Of a DNA stretch of 64,000 nt, positions 27,701 through 41,790 are shown one piece after another (position 1 is the first letter of the stretch; each line of letters starts with the position of its first letter). This stretch comes from Eledone cirrhosa (taxonomy: Eukaryota). The translations under genes were made by a program, and so were the position numbers. The stretch is taken from positions 267,220,001 to 267,284,000 of the forward strand of contig OZ024743.1 of NCBI GenBank assembly GCA_964016885.1, read 5' to 3'. Below the pieces are notes generated by a model that was not told the DNA's origin, did no database searches, and saw nothing but the letters and a program-made list of their open reading frames with translations.

Positions 27701-28825
27701 CCATATTTTCAGTAAAAATTTCCCTAGCAATTTTTTAATTTTCCCAAACATTTCATTGAGAATTTTCGAAAAGAACATTTTCTGAAATTGTATCTTAATT
27801 TCTTTAAACTCGTTCCAAAACGTTCACCGATAATCTTCCAAAAATGTTTGCGAAGCCTTTAAATACTTCGATAACATTTCATTTAACATTACAAACATTT
27901 CCATAATACCTTTTCGCTTGAACGCCCCAGGATGTTGTGTAAAGTTTCATTGAAGATTTGAAAAATGTTTCTTTCTAAAAACAATTTCATCAGATATTTT
28001 CCATAAAATCCCTTAAAAAATTTATCAAAAATTTTACCTCAAAATTCATTTAATATTTTCAGAAATTTTTCTTGAAATCTCCAGTGAAACTTAGGGGAAA
28101 GTTTATGATGAAATTTTCGGAAAAAATGTTCATAAAATATTTAGCGGAATGTTTAATGAAATTTGATGTTAAACATTTAGATAATCTTGTAAGAAAATTT
28201 ATGGAAAATACCTACTAAATGTTTGGGAGAAACATTTGAAAATCTTTGATGAATCTTTAATAAAAATTCTGGAGAATTTTGGGCCTATCATTTGATGGAA
28301 TATTTGAAAGGTAAATTTGGGTAATACTTTAGGAAATCGTTTTAGAAATTTTCATAGAAAATTTTGCAGAAATGATGGAGATAGTCGTATTAATTTAACC
28401 ATGATTATTTTCAGTTATTTACTTCTGTTTTTCAATATTTACGAAGTTCTACATGAACCGTATGCAGTAATTTCTTGAGAAATGTTCGTTTACATCTTCA
28501 TTGAAACTTTCTGAAAAATTTATGTTGAAACTTTCTAGAGAAAAATTCAGAAAATGTTTGGTGAATATTTAATGATATTTGAGGTAAAACTTTAAAGAAT
28601 TTTTTTAGAGATTTCATGGAATATATTTGATGAAAGTTTGGGAGATACATTTCAAAAACCTTGATGAATCTTTTATGAAAATTCTGGAAAATCTTTGGGA
28701 AAACCTTTGATGGAAGTTTATGAATCTTGGGGCAACATTTAGAAAATCTTAGAGGTTTTAGGGAAATATTTACTGAAAATTTGGAGCGAGTCGTACTAAT
28801 TTAAACATAAGCACACGACGTAACA
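24725..28825. repeat. AT-rich degenerate satellite (variable units of a few hundred bp) with internal inversion
   Basis: Recurrent anchor GAGCTAGTCGTACTAATTTAAATATAAGCACCCGA...ATGATTAATTAAAATTATTTCCTTCTG at ~24731, 25390, 25821, 26170, 26541, 26702, 27145, 27605, 28378, 28783; reverse-complement block ~27646-28078. Confidence 0.85.
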
Positions 28826-28827
28826 GT

Positions 28828-29015
28828 GGTTTAGTTTCACATTTTTTTTAGTTTCACTTTCAATTTCAGATTCCCTATATTTTCATTTTCACGTTAGTTT
28901 CAATTTGACATTTACTTTAGTATTAACTTTCAATTTTATTTTCACTTTAGTTTCACATTTGCTTTTATCTCACCTTTAGTTTCAATTTCACTTTCACTTT
29001 CGTTTCACTTTCACG
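28828..29015. repeat. Degenerate (TTTCAC/TTTAGT)n hexamer repeat
   Basis: Direct inspection. Confidence 0.75.
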
Positions 29016-30765
29016 CTTGCCTCAATCCAAAAGTTTTTAAAGGATGTCAGTGCGACCGATTTCGGTCTTGTTTTCAGATATGGCTCCACTTTATATTCAG
29101 GTGGCAATTTTTCAATGGTCAGATTTAGACTCGGTTCGGCAATAATTTCTTTTAGCATTCAATCTGTCTGTCTCGGTCCGTGATTCAGGACTTCGAAACA
29201 AAAGAGTATTGGTATCATTCCCTGAAATCTCTATCGGAATATGCGCACGCCATCATCATAATGCCGATAAATTGACGGAATAAGTAAACATTAAGTAATT
29301 ATGGCAATGTACAACACGTTAACTGGGGAAGCTAGTCCTCCTAAGCGAATGTCATGTAAATATGCTCTTTTTTTCAGACATACTGGTGCATGAGACATAC
29401 AATAGTAATACATTTTACCTGAGTGGTAGAGCAAACAGTGTGAACCTGTATATCAGGTCTGTGTTTTATTCCTTTATAAAGAACTTCCTTCCTATATTTT
29501 AGAAAACCGGAACCGCTACCCATTAATTTATTAAGAAAACCACGCATTTTACTGTATGGGAGATTAATATGCAAAGTTAGCTTGGAAGAATTGCCATACA
29601 GTATATATTGAATCTGAGTCGATAAAGTGGGCATAATTGTCTGGTTAGTGTCCCAATAGTTTGTTTCTTGCTCTTAGCTACTCTCCCAAATCAATCGACA
29701 AACAAAGGTTATCGTCTAATAATTGGAAGAACTGCTAGAAATCAAACCCCCTTTTCCTGAATGGTAACTATAACAAAGTATATTTATGATTGTCAAAAAT
29801 TAAAAAGATTGATGACAGACATTTTCTAATTCGGTCAAGATATCAACATCTCCAAGCCACAATTGATGAGAACAATGTGGTGGAGAAATTCCATCCAGTG
29901 AATATGTTCAAATGTGGGTGACTGTGACATGATTAGTTCGATCAAAAATCGAGAATCTTCTCTCAGAATATAGAGCGAAGAGTAGAATTATGATAGCTGA
30001 GATAACCTCGATACACAATATAGTCAGGTATTTGGGAGTTACATGACAGTCTCACGGTGGTTCTCTGTTATTTGAGACGCATCCTTGTTTTCTTTCGCAT
30101 ACTGTTGTTTCCGATGCCTGTTTATTTTCTTATTTACATAATTGATTATATTTAAACCTCAAACTTTAATGTAATTTCTCTTTTTAAATCTCTCGCCCGT
30201 CTCATTTGTGGCAAATAAAAATACGATTAGTATTATTATAAAAGATTTCACCGTTAGTATGATTACATATATTTTTTTTTTCTTATCAGGAGCAGCACTA
30301 TTATAAATGGTATTTTCATTATATTGAAAACCTACTCCTGATTAAATAATATACTGAAAGTAAAAACGAAAGAAAAACGAAAGAAAGCAACTAAAATGGA
30401 AGGAAATATAGAAATACACAAACATAAAGAAATACAACAATGAGCTGAAGATTATTTCTTATTGCACTTATATACATCTTTATCTTATTGCTTCAATCAA
30501 TACATCATCCATCAAATATTTTCTTTTTTCACTTTGCTTGAAATGGAATAACGGAGATTATATAACACCAAGTAAATGAACAGAGTTGAACATAGAAGTG
30601 GGAAAAACACATATTAAGAAAACATACGAGTAGATTGATATGGTAGAACGGTATATAAAGAGGGTAAGAGGTAGAAATAAATATGTGCGAGGGTGAGGTA
30701 AAATAAAAGAAGATTGCCAGCTAATGAATCCAATGAAAGAATATGGTGACACACAAAGTAAATAC

Positions 30766-30820
<55 letters not shown>

Positions 30821-30864
30821 CACGCACACACACACACACACATACACACACACACACACACACG

Positions 30865-30906
<42 letters not shown>

Positions 30907-30928
30907 GATGTATAAATATATATAGATG

Positions 30929-30978
<50 letters not shown>

Positions 30979-31023
30979 CATATATATATATAAATATATA
31001 CATATGTATATATATATATATAT

Positions 31024-31208
31024 GACGAAGGAAATGTGGTAAGGAACCAGGTGGACCATGCAACAACGTACTCAATACTTAGGGTAGTAGAGTGGGTAAT
31101 AGGAACGAGTAGGACTGGACGGCTGAGCTCAAGCCGTTTCGACGGCTAATTCAGTCCAGAACTAGTCGTCGAAACGGCTTGAGCTCAGCCGTCGGGGTCC
31201 TACTCGTT

Positions 31209-31212
<4 letters not shown>
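31024..31212. mobile_element. Fold-back mini-element copy 1 (two inverted hammerhead 3' halves + ~75-bp extension)
   Basis: Arms 31100-31150/31161-31212; each strand reads GAAACGGCTTGAGCTCAGCCGTC; inside (TA)n. Confidence 0.85.
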
Positions 31213-31247
<35 letters not shown>

Positions 31248-31250
31248 ACT

Positions 31251-32110
<860 letters not shown>

Positions 32111-32115
<5 letters not shown>

Positions 32116-32194
32116 AAGAATTTATATCTAGTAACATATATATACATACAATGTTGTATGTATATATATGTTACTAGATATAAATTCTTTATTA
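32111..32194. repeat. Perfect 41-bp-arm palindrome
   Basis: TAATAAAGAATTTATATCTAGTAACATATATATACATACAA-TG-TTGTATGTATATATATGTTACTAGATATAAATTCTTTATTA, abutting (TA)n. Confidence 0.9.
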
Positions 32195-32460
32195 TTATCT
32201 CCAAAATATTTGTCGAGCAATACTGGCCATGACTGCTGCTACTGTAGTAGGCTGGCCGTTGTCTTATTAACAACCCACTTTCCACCGATTGACCACGATG
32301 TCACGTGTTCGATTCTTTTTGAATTTGCCACGGACACAGAGGCAGTGATTTTCTCAATGGCTAGGAAGTAAGTCCACGCTTTGCTATTTCCTATTCACTG
32401 ATTTATTTTTTAATAAGCTTCCAGTGTCCTCGCTTTGCCTGGAAACTTATATGAGAATTG

Positions 32461-32542
32461 ACTTTCCTGATGACAGGATGTTTCTCCACACCTTCTTCGG
32501 AAGATGTATCTACTCCATTCCAGAAACTAATTAGTTGGAAGT
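32461..32542 (+). ncRNA. Type I hammerhead-ribozyme motif with canonical core and enlarged stem II
   Basis: actttc-CTGATGA-caggatg...cattcca-GAAAC-TAATTA-GTT-ggaagt; stem I 6 bp; palindromic AACTAATTAGTT stem III; paralogue at 12261-12342. Confidence 0.75.
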
Positions 32543-32592
32543 GATATTTTAGTAAGTAAGTTAATTTTATAATTTTCTTATCTTACGTCTCT

Positions 32593-32679
<87 letters not shown>

Positions 32680-33270
32680 ACGTATATATATAAAAATATA
32701 TACATATGTAATCCTGAATATATATATATATATAGCATAACAATAAATCGTTAAAGGTAATCCGATAAGAGTCTGTGAAAAATACTTATGGACAGTTTAA
32801 GCGTACGGTGCTGTGTAACTCAACAAGAGGTTTACGCTGGTGACGATTTTATGACTTCGCTTGTATTCCTATGTAAATATATCTTGGAGTAATAAAAAAG
32901 TGAAGAATTACATGGTTAACAGTAAAAACAAGGATATTTATTTACAGTCTTACAATTGTTTCCATGATAGAATTGTCTATACATTGCTAAATACTAGAGA
33001 CAGTAAAACTCAATTTACAATACATCTAAGTTAAATCATTTCACCAGAAACTATTAAGAAATATAAAATATATGCGTAACGGTAAACTTAAAAGTTTAAA
33101 TTATTACATCTATAATAGTATTAATGATAAATAAATAAAGGAAGGGGGACAGATGGAAATGAGAGAGAAAGAAAGAAAATGACGAAAAAAGGAAAGAAGA
33201 TATAGTTAGATGTATAACTGGCAACGTTACGAAATCAAACTATCACATCAAAATAAATATAATATTAATA

Positions 33271-33450
33271 ATAATTGTTTCTACTTTAGGCACAAGGCCA
33301 GCAATTACCTGGTTTCATTACTGGTACTTTATTTTGTCGACCCCGTAAGGATGAAAAGCAAATTCAACCTCGGCGGGATTTAAACTCAGACCGTAAAGGG
33401 ACGTAACTCTGCTGGAAAGCATGGCGTCCAACCCTCTACCGATACTGCCA
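33271..33450 (-). mobile_element. tRNA-derived SINE nested in the inverted pLTR
   Basis: Full family match; absent from the partner arm at ~35055-35065. Confidence 0.9.
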
Positions 33451-33769
33451 TAATAATAAAGATATATATATAGAAAGAGAGAAGGGGAGGCATATAGCAT
33501 AGGCTGCTAATTAGGTTTGTTGGTGTATTGTGGTGGTGTTCTTTGGCGTGCATTTGGTTGCGATGATGTAATATGTGTGTGTTGTGTATTTGGTGATATG
33601 GAACTTATATGGGGGCTACTTTGATACAAAAAAGAACAACACACTTAATGTTAACGATACTTCCCACAACCATAGAATCAACAAACCTAGGTCTAAACGC
33701 ATAAATAGGCAGCATATATATAATTTAAATAAACAAAATGCTAATACTAATACCACTAGCGGACATAGA

Positions 33770-34594
33770 AGATACAGAAATAGAAACTATTAAACTATGG
33801 TTTAATCCAATGTTTAACTCCTCTATTAAAACTAAGCTTCCTCTCACTTTCTTTAAATTAGTTGACAAACACTTCCCTAAAATACATAAATATCATAAAA
33901 TCTTTAATAAAAAAATCTATCAAACTATCATTCTCCACTGCTAACAACATAGAATCGCACATTCAAAAAATTAACTACATAAGAATTCATAATCAAAGTA
34001 GCCCCCATATATGTTCCATATCAGCAAATACAGAACACACACATATTACATCATCGCAACCAAATACACGCCAAAGAAGACCACCACAATACACCAACAA
34101 ACCTAATTCGCAGCCCATACATAACAATCTTCAAAATCATATATTAGAACAGGCGCATAGGAAAGCATTTCTATACAATTGCCACTTACCGGACAATTGC
34201 CCTCTAATAAACAGATGCCTTGAGAAAAACGTAGTATACTTGTGTACTATCAACTCAGGTAGCTTGGCATGGTATTATATTGGTTCCACTGCTGGTGTTT
34301 ACAAAAAACGGTGGGCACAGACATTCTATGATTAATAAGAATCAATCAAATACAACAACTCTTGCCAATAAAATATGGCAACTCAAGAATGCAGGCATTA
34401 CATACGAGATCAGCTGGAAAATACTGTCACATGCTAAAGCCTATCAGACTGGTATGTCACATTGTAGGCTCTGTAATATGGAGCTCTTCCAAATTCTTAA
34501 TTTTAGTAAAACCCTTCTGAACAGGAGAATTGAGCGAACTATCTTTTGCCGGCATAAATCAGCAACGAAGTTCCTGAACTTTAGACCAACTTAA
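33770..34594 (+). pseudogene. PLE RT-thumb/linker + GIY-YIG endonuclease, frameshifted
   Basis: LWFNPMFNSSIKT..FFKLVDKHFPK.HKYHKIFNKK, SIKLSFSTANNI, YNCHLPDNCPL..CL..VVYLC..YYIGST..YKKR, TTLANKIWQLK..WKIL..CRLCNME..LLNRR.E..CRH. Confidence 0.88.
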
Positions 34595-35429
34595 CTCCAT
34601 TTTCTACTCCTTATTCCTTTTTATAATTTTAGCACTTATTACGATATCAAATTATCACAAACTTCATAATTACGTAAGAATAACCTAAAAACATTTGTAT
34701 TAACATCATTATTATTTTTTTTATTTGTATTTACATAATTTATTATCTTATATATATACACCTTTCACCATTTGTCTTGTATTCTCCACTTAAACATATT
34801 TTATCTCAATCATTTTATCCTATAATATAATACATCTCAAACCTGCTATTTTACATAGAAATGTATATTCGTCCGTATATTTATTTTATTTCCTCTCTTC
34901 TTCATATCCCCATATTCATGATTAATGTCTATCTGCCTCTGCTTCCTAATCCCTCTTAATCTTCCTCTAATTATTTCTCATCTTCCTTACTTATTCTTCC
35001 TCTTTGCCTATGTTATATACTCCCCCCCCTCTTCTCTCTTTCTATATATATCTTTATTATTATTAATATTATATTTATTTTGATGTGATAGTTTGATTTC
35101 GTAACTTTGCCAGTTATATGTTTGACTATATCTTCGTTCCTTCTTTCGTCATTTTCTTTCTTTCTCTCTCATTTCCATCTGTCCCACTTCCTTTACTTAT
35201 TTATCATTAATACTATTGTTGATGTAGTAATTTGAATTTTTAAGTTTACCGTTACGCATATATTTTATATTTCTTAATAGTTTCTGGTGGAATGATTGAA
35301 CTTAGATGTATTGTACATTGAGTTATACTGTGTCTAGTATTTAGTAATGTATAGACAATTCTATCATGGAAATAATTGTAAGACTGTAAATAAATATCCT
35401 TGCTTGTACTGTCAACCATGTTATTCTTC

Positions 35430-35502
<73 letters not shown>

Positions 35503-35503
<1 letters not shown>

Positions 35504-37236
35504 GTGGTGGAACACTGGAAGGTAATATCAGTAGTGGTAGAGCACTCAGTCTACCGGACCAGTTAGGTACAAGTGGTTACACAAAAGTTAGATCACCATA
35601 CAGACAACAATTGTTTCACCTTAGCGGATCTTCAGCTCGGAATGGGCATGGTTATAGGAATCGGAAGGACAACCGTACGAACGCGCATGCGAAGAAATCC
35701 GGTCACTTCACACAGGCAATAACAGACTGCGTGCGAGAGGTGTAAGGGAGATAACTGCGAAAGTCCGAAAAGTTTTTAGGTTGAAAATAAAATTACAAAG
35801 AATCAGTCCGGAGTCTTGTAGTTATGCAATAGGTCTTTGGCGACGTGTGGACAACGTATGAAAAATTCATTTCTCGTGTTTATGCAATCACTATTGTGTA
35901 ATCTCTTTAGAACAGTTATTCATTCGTCAAAACATAAGCCACACGTCGGACTTCCCTTGCGCATGTCTTGGACTTAGTGATGGCTTTTCATTGAATGGAG
36001 TAGTCTATACTTGAGTCCTTGAGGGACCATACGTGGCTCGCGAGTTTCATGGATGAACGTCTGTCTGGGTACCTGAAGATAAACTGGTGGTTTAGGAAAC
36101 GTTGCTTAAATCGGTCCTCCGCCATGCCCTCATAGGATTTGATCTCCTGTGGTTCGTTTGGTCGAGTGGAAGTAATCAAAGCTTCAAATATTACAGCTGG
36201 TGTGTTGCATTGCTGTTGAAGAGGGAAGCTTCAGGCTTACGGCAAGAGCACCCTGGTGGGGTGTTGCTCCTAAGGCTGCTGGTGATGTGGGCCTTCATGT
36301 TCTTCGAGCAGGAGTATACTAGTTTAACTTTGTGTCGGTTAAAAATGGAGCGGTATTTATGACCTATGGGAAAATGTCTATCTAAGAGGGCTACAAATGT
36401 TTTTCCTACATTGGTTTTAACGTTGAGTAAGAAGGGGGGGGGGAGAACCAGATAGTTTGTCTATTGTTGCGCTTACTTTTCTTAATGGTGTTGTTGCTAG
36501 TGGGAGAGTAAGTGATAGTTTGTGAGAAGCCGCTGTTAGCCAACGCCGTGTTACAGTAGGGTGGCGCCCTGACAAAGATAGCATTATTAGAGGAGAGGTT
36601 TGAGATTCTAGTACTGATATTTTTAACGAAGTTTCCAAAAACAGTGTGAGGGTGGCGTGAGCCCTTGTGAATGTAATTGAGTTTCTTGTTTAGCTTATGG
36701 AAGGGTTTGTGGGTGTGTGTGCGAAGGTCTAAATTAATGTCTACGAAATCTACGCTAGAGAGGTTGGTGGCTACTGTTATTCTAAGTGTTAACTCATTGA
36801 AGGTAGAAGCTAAGTCTTTTTTAAACCAGTCGAGGTCCTGACCACTTTTATGGCTCGATAAAATCAGGGCATCATCGCAGTATATTCCCGTGTGGAAGTC
36901 TGGGAATCTAACACGTAATATGTCTAAGATAAATAGGCCAAGCAAGTCACATACGTCAGCACTGTCAAACGATCCCGTGGAGATATCGAATAGGTCTGAA
37001 GGTGTAGACGTCTTTGCCCAGACTACTCCATCGTTGAAGCGGAGGGTTTTCCGGCAGTGAGCGATGATTTCCGTGTCTAAACCATCGACGGTGGTATAAG
37101 TGGTAGCGAAGTCCAATGCTTTGTTTAACAGGGTCTCTGAGATCGACGGGTAAAAATCGACAATGTCAAACTGTGTGAACTTCGCTTTTTTGGATTTTAA
37201 GGAGTTAAACCACTTAATTACGGATCGCTGTTCTCC
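35503..37236 (-). mobile_element. Penelope-like (Naiad-type) element: RT + GIY-YIG pseudogene and pLTR
   Basis: FTQFDIVDFYPSI, LFDISTGSFDSADVCDLLGLFILD, GIYCDDAL, VDFVDINLDL, TIWFSPP, then GIY-YIG (SYEGMAEDRFKQRF..LASHVWSLK); pLTR with hammerhead remnant at left end. Confidence 0.9.
35601..35640 (-). ncRNA. Decayed minimal hammerhead motif
   Basis: Minus strand ccgag-CTGAAGA-tcc-gctaa-ggt-GAAAC-AATT-GTT-gtctg; stem I imperfect. Confidence 0.55.
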
Positions 37237-37239
37237 CAG

Positions 37240-38160
37240 TGGGGAAGGTTGGACTTGGTCCTAATGGTCTTAACTATGTTTCTAAGTATGGCCTTACTTA
37301 CTCTTTAAGAAACTTCTTTAAGAATATCAGTACTAGAATCTCAAACCTCTCCTCCAATAAGGCTATCATTGACAGCGGCTTCTCACAACCTATCACCTAC
37401 TCTCCCACTAGCAACAACACCATTAAGAAAAGTAAGCGCAACAATAGACAAACTGTCTGGTTCTCTCCTCCCTTCTTACTCAACGTTAAAACCAATGTAC
37501 GAAAAAAATGTCTAGCCCTCTTAGATAGACACTTTCCTATAGGTGATAAGTACCGCTCCATCTTAAACCGACACAAATTTAAACTAGGATACGCCTGCGC
37601 TAAGAACATGAAGGCCCACATCACCATCAGCCTTAGGAGTAACACCCCACCAAGGTGCTCTTGCCGTAAGCCTGAAGCTTGCCCCCTATAACAGCAATGC
37701 AACACACCAGCTGTAAGTTATGAAGCTGTGGTCACTTCCACCCGACCAAACGAACCACAGGAGGTCAAATCCTATGTGAGCGTGGCGGAGGGCCGATTTA
37801 AACAACGTTTCCTGAACCACCAGTCTACCTTCAGGTACCGGGACAGACGTTCATCCACGAAACTCGCGAGCCACGTATGGTTCCTCAAGGACTCAAGTAT
37901 AGACTACTCCATTCAATGGAAAGCCATCACTAAGTCCAAACCATACGCAAGGGGAGATCCGACGCGTGGCTTATGTTTTGACGAACGAATAACTATTCTA
38001 AAGAGATTACGCAATAGTGATTGCCTAAACACGAGAAATGAATTTTTCTCGGTCAAAATAACAGAATGAGATAAAAGAACAAACAATCAGTATTCATATA
38101 AAAAAATAAACAGAGTCATACCTTATATTGGGAAGTTCATATCTGTTGCCCCAAGAGTAA
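37240..38160 (+). mobile_element. Inverted partial duplicate of the same PLE (thumb + GIY-YIG) plus extension
   Basis: 37312-38048 is the reverse complement of ~35865-36635 (NFFKNISTRISNLSSN..WFSPPF..CSCRKPEACPL..FKQRF..LNTRNEFF). Confidence 0.88.
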
Positions 38161-38168
38161 ATATATAA

Positions 38169-38257
<89 letters not shown>

Positions 38258-38258
38258 T

Positions 38259-38448
38259 AACGAAGGAGTTGTGGTAAGGAACCAGATGGACTATAACGCA
38301 CCAGAGTACTCAATACTTAAGGTAGTAGACTGGCTAATAGGAAAATGTATCACCCCGACGGCAGAGCTCAAATCGTTTCGACGGCTATTTCTGGACCAGA
38401 AATAGCCGTCGAAACGGCTTGAGCTCTGCCGTCGGGGTCATACATGTT

Positions 38449-38452
<4 letters not shown>
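38259..38452. mobile_element. Fold-back mini-element copy 2
   Basis: Same family as 31024-31212; centre TTTCTGG-A-CCAGAAA; copy-specific variants present in both arms. Confidence 0.85.
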
Positions 38453-38485
<33 letters not shown>

Positions 38486-38625
38486 CGGACTGGTAATGGT
38501 TAATACATATATATATATATGCATGCATCAGTGTGCGTGTTTGTAGTTTGTGTGTGTGTGCGTCTGTGTGGTGTGCTTATGGAAAATGCAAATTAAGATG
38601 ACAGATTAGAGGTCTGAAACATTAA

Positions 38626-38686
38626 ATTATTTACAATTGTTTCAACAGATTCCTCACCTCCTGTAAATATGTAGTCGTCAATAATA
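38626..38686 (-). ncRNA. Decayed hammerhead-like motif
   Basis: Minus strand tatta-TTGACGA-ctacatatt...aatctgtt-GAAAC-AATT-GTA-aataat. Confidence 0.4.
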
Positions 38687-38820
38687 GCATATCCTCATTT
38701 CTGTATTGGATTTCATGGGACATTTTGCTGACTTTGGTACATTTAATACATCTCAAGACATACATCGCTCTCTATGTGTGATAGGTTTAATATATATGGT
38801 TGGATTTAATATATATGTTT

Positions 38821-39036
38821 GGCTTGGCAGAATCGGTAGAGCATCGGACGACATGCTTAGCGCCAAAGAGTTACGACCATTTACATTCTGAGTTCAAATC
38901 CTGCCGAGCTTAGCTTTGCTTTTCCTTCTTACGGGGTCGAAAAAATAATGTACCATTAACGCACTGGGGTTCGATTTAATCGACTTTCCCCTTTCATTCA
39001 AATTGCTAGCCTTGTGCCAAAAGTAGAAACAATTAT
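38821..39036 (+). mobile_element. tRNA-derived SINE, longer variant
   Basis: TGGCAGAATCGG A box, GTTCAAATC B box, extra GGGGTTCGATTTAATCGACT segment, same tail. Confidence 0.88.
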
Positions 39037-40718
39037 TGTAATTAATATTCTAAACTTTCTTTGAATTAATCTTCTTTCCCAAATCATGCTCTGTGTCAAC
39101 CTGACTATAAATAACAATTTATAAGAGTCGTATCATTATCGCTTTCCCACCACCTCTAATAAGCTTTAAGCTCGTTACTACTATCGCCTCGTTTTATTCT
39201 TATGAACACTATTAGTGGGGCCGCATGAATAATCGGACCCATCTTTAATAATTTACTTTCGTAACTTATGGCTCCTTCACCACCAGTGTTGCTAAAAAAA
39301 AAGATAGAATTATTTAGTAGTACTGTAAATCGTAATTCCTGGAAAACGTGGCGGGAAATCAAGCCGCTTACGTAAACATTTGCTGGCACAAATCTCCATT
39401 TCATCCACTATATTTCATAGTATTTCATAGTTCTTTGTGTTGGTAATATTACACCCTAAACGTCTTTGCTGTTCTTCGGTTGGTAATGATTTTTTATCCC
39501 TCTTTCTACTTGAGTTCAATAAAATTGCATCAGTTAAGGACACATCTTAGATAAATCCAAAACTATAAAGTGCCTGCTCCCTGGCTGATAGAATCACCTC
39601 CTCTCCAATTACAAAGCCAACCTCCTTAGTATGATTAAACATTTCGGTATGTATTTTTCGTGTATAAACGCCATTGATGGAATTTGCTGATGCTAAGAGT
39701 CGAGATTTACACGAGTCTCAAAGTACATTGATTGAAACTGAGTGATGTGGGATGTTTGTTTCTATTAATCAATTGGGTTCTCTGAGGAAGGTATTTCTAC
39801 TCGTAGACACAGATTCATTCCAAGTAGATGCTTGTAGCTCTCATTAACGCATCTATGAATACCTAGAGGAATCGAAATATGATGCCTACCTCCTCCCTGT
39901 CAGATAACCATGGAATATTTCATAGTAATTGTTCCTAAGCTAACATATGTATTTTATACTTAGCGATATGTAATGTATAATCTAAATACCATCAACAGAC
40001 ACTCTGCATCGTGTAAATATTGTTATTTTCAATGTCCTCAAGATTTACAGACCACAACAATTTAAATTTGGAACTGAATACTATAACATGATTTATATCA
40101 TGTAAGTCATTGTATGATAGAGTTCTAACGCTTCTGCCGACTAAAAAACTTCTATTCGAAATTTGATTTAGACTAACTAAATAGAAAGATAACTAAGAAA
40201 ATAGACCTGGGACAGAAATGAAAGACTGAATTTAATCAAGCAATATATTACAAGCGAATAAAGTAAACTATACTAAAATATATAAAGAAAGGAAGACGAA
40301 ATAAAGTCAACTGCATTGTACGCAGTAACTATAAGATTATTATATAAAGAAATGACTTGAGAAAATAGAACGTAAAAACATTAAAAATGAACAAAGCCAT
40401 ACCTAACATTATTTGACTGGCAGCTATATCACATTAGGTTATTTTTCATTCCTTACATATTATTTCCCCCCAGAACAATGTATATGCATTTCATTTCCTC
40501 TTTATGAATTGTTCCATTATTATGGCAGAAATTTCCTATTTCCTCACACACTTTATGCGTTTCACTATAATTTCATCTATAAAAACAAATCTAAAAGAAA
40601 TCAACAGCTAACATTGTTTTATACAGACTTATTACACACGTACACATACATACGTGCATGTACACATATACAAACACACATGCATAAGTACATGTATATA
40701 TGCACACACATACACACG

Positions 40719-40750
<32 letters not shown>

Positions 40751-40880
40751 CAAATGTATAAACGTATATAGTAAGCTAATTAAATACAAAGCATTGACAT
40801 GTGATTGAATATTATTTTAGATTTTGTATTTTGGTATTATTTTGAGCCAGTCATTTATTTAGAATTATATATATATATAT

Positions 40881-41083
40881 AACGAAGGACATGTGGTAAG
40901 GGACCAGATGGACAATAACGCACCGAAGTACTCGATACTTAGGGTAGTAGAGTGGGTAATAGGAACGAGTAGGACCCCGACGGCTGAGCTCAAGCCGTTT
41001 CGACGGCTAATACTGGACTAACATTTTAGTCCAGAATTAGCCGTCGAAACGGCTTGAGCTAAGCCGTCGGGGTCCTACTCGTT

Positions 41084-41087
<4 letters not shown>
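40881..41087. mobile_element. Fold-back mini-element copy 3
   Basis: Same family; longest arms, centre CTGGACTAA-CATT-TTAGTCCAG; inside (TA)n. Confidence 0.85.
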
Positions 41088-41129
<42 letters not shown>

Positions 41130-41373
41130 GACATACATAAATACAAATTTATTTATTTATAGAACGATTTTTTATTGCTTGCCATTGGGTTTGTATGCAA
41201 CGTTAGTACTGAATGATGCATCCCAAACATCTTTGTGATTCTGAACAATATAATGAAGCAGTATTGATAAATAAAAATGTTATACCAGCCTCCTCTCCGT
41301 ATAAATGGCGTTCAGAATTTTTGCACGACACAAGTAACGGACTGCGAATATTGCACCAACTGTGATGTGGCAA

Positions 41374-41568
41374 GGAGTAGTGGATTGGCAGTATAGGTAG
41401 AGGGTTGGACGCCATGCTTTGACGCATAGAGTTACGGCCCTTGCTATTCTTATTTCAAATCCCGCCGAGGTTAACTTTGCATTTCATCCTTACGGGGTCG
41501 ATAAAATAAAGTACCAATTATGCACTGGGTAATTGCTGGCCTTGTGCCAAAAGTAGAAACAATTATTA
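41374..41568 (+). mobile_element. tRNA-derived SINE
   Basis: Full family match. Confidence 0.9.
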
Positions 41569-41581
41569 GAGCAAATACGTA

Positions 41582-41790
41582 GGGCAATGAATTGGCAGAA
41601 TCATTAGAGCGTCGGTCAAAAACACTTTACGGCATCTAGTTGCAGCAATTTACATTCTGTGTTCAAATCTGGATAGGGTATTTCATAAACCCGGTGTCGA
41701 TATATTAAAGTACCAAGAAAGTAATGGGGTCAATATAATTGACTTTCTCTTCCTCCTATTGCTGGCATATTGCATATAATTTAAGTTATT
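41582..41790 (+). mobile_element. Old diverged SINE copy
   Basis: TTGGCAGAATCATTAGAGCGTCGG, GTTCAAATC, GGTGTCGATATATTAAAGTACCA, GGGGTCAATATAATTGACT. Confidence 0.7.

Larger units (their letters stand above)
32738..35433 (+). mobile_element. Penelope-like (Naiad-type) element with inverted, internally deleted 5' duplicate; same family as 1136-3013
   Basis: 32897-33500 inverted copy of ~35007-35433 (interrupted by a SINE); 33500-33625 inverted copy of ~33992-34116; decayed hammerheads at 32945-33054(-) and 35277-35387(+). Confidence 0.88.

Noticed and set aside
24725-28825. CRISPR-like repeat-spacer array
   Set aside because: Eukaryotic context; spacers are long, mutually homologous and degenerate; no cas genes.
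29370-29620. Possible host exons (TTTTTCAG acceptor, ILVHETYNSNTFYLSGRANSVNLYI, GT donor)
   Set aside because: Peptide not recognisable, implied intron only ~46 nt, downstream frame stops; needs RNA-seq.
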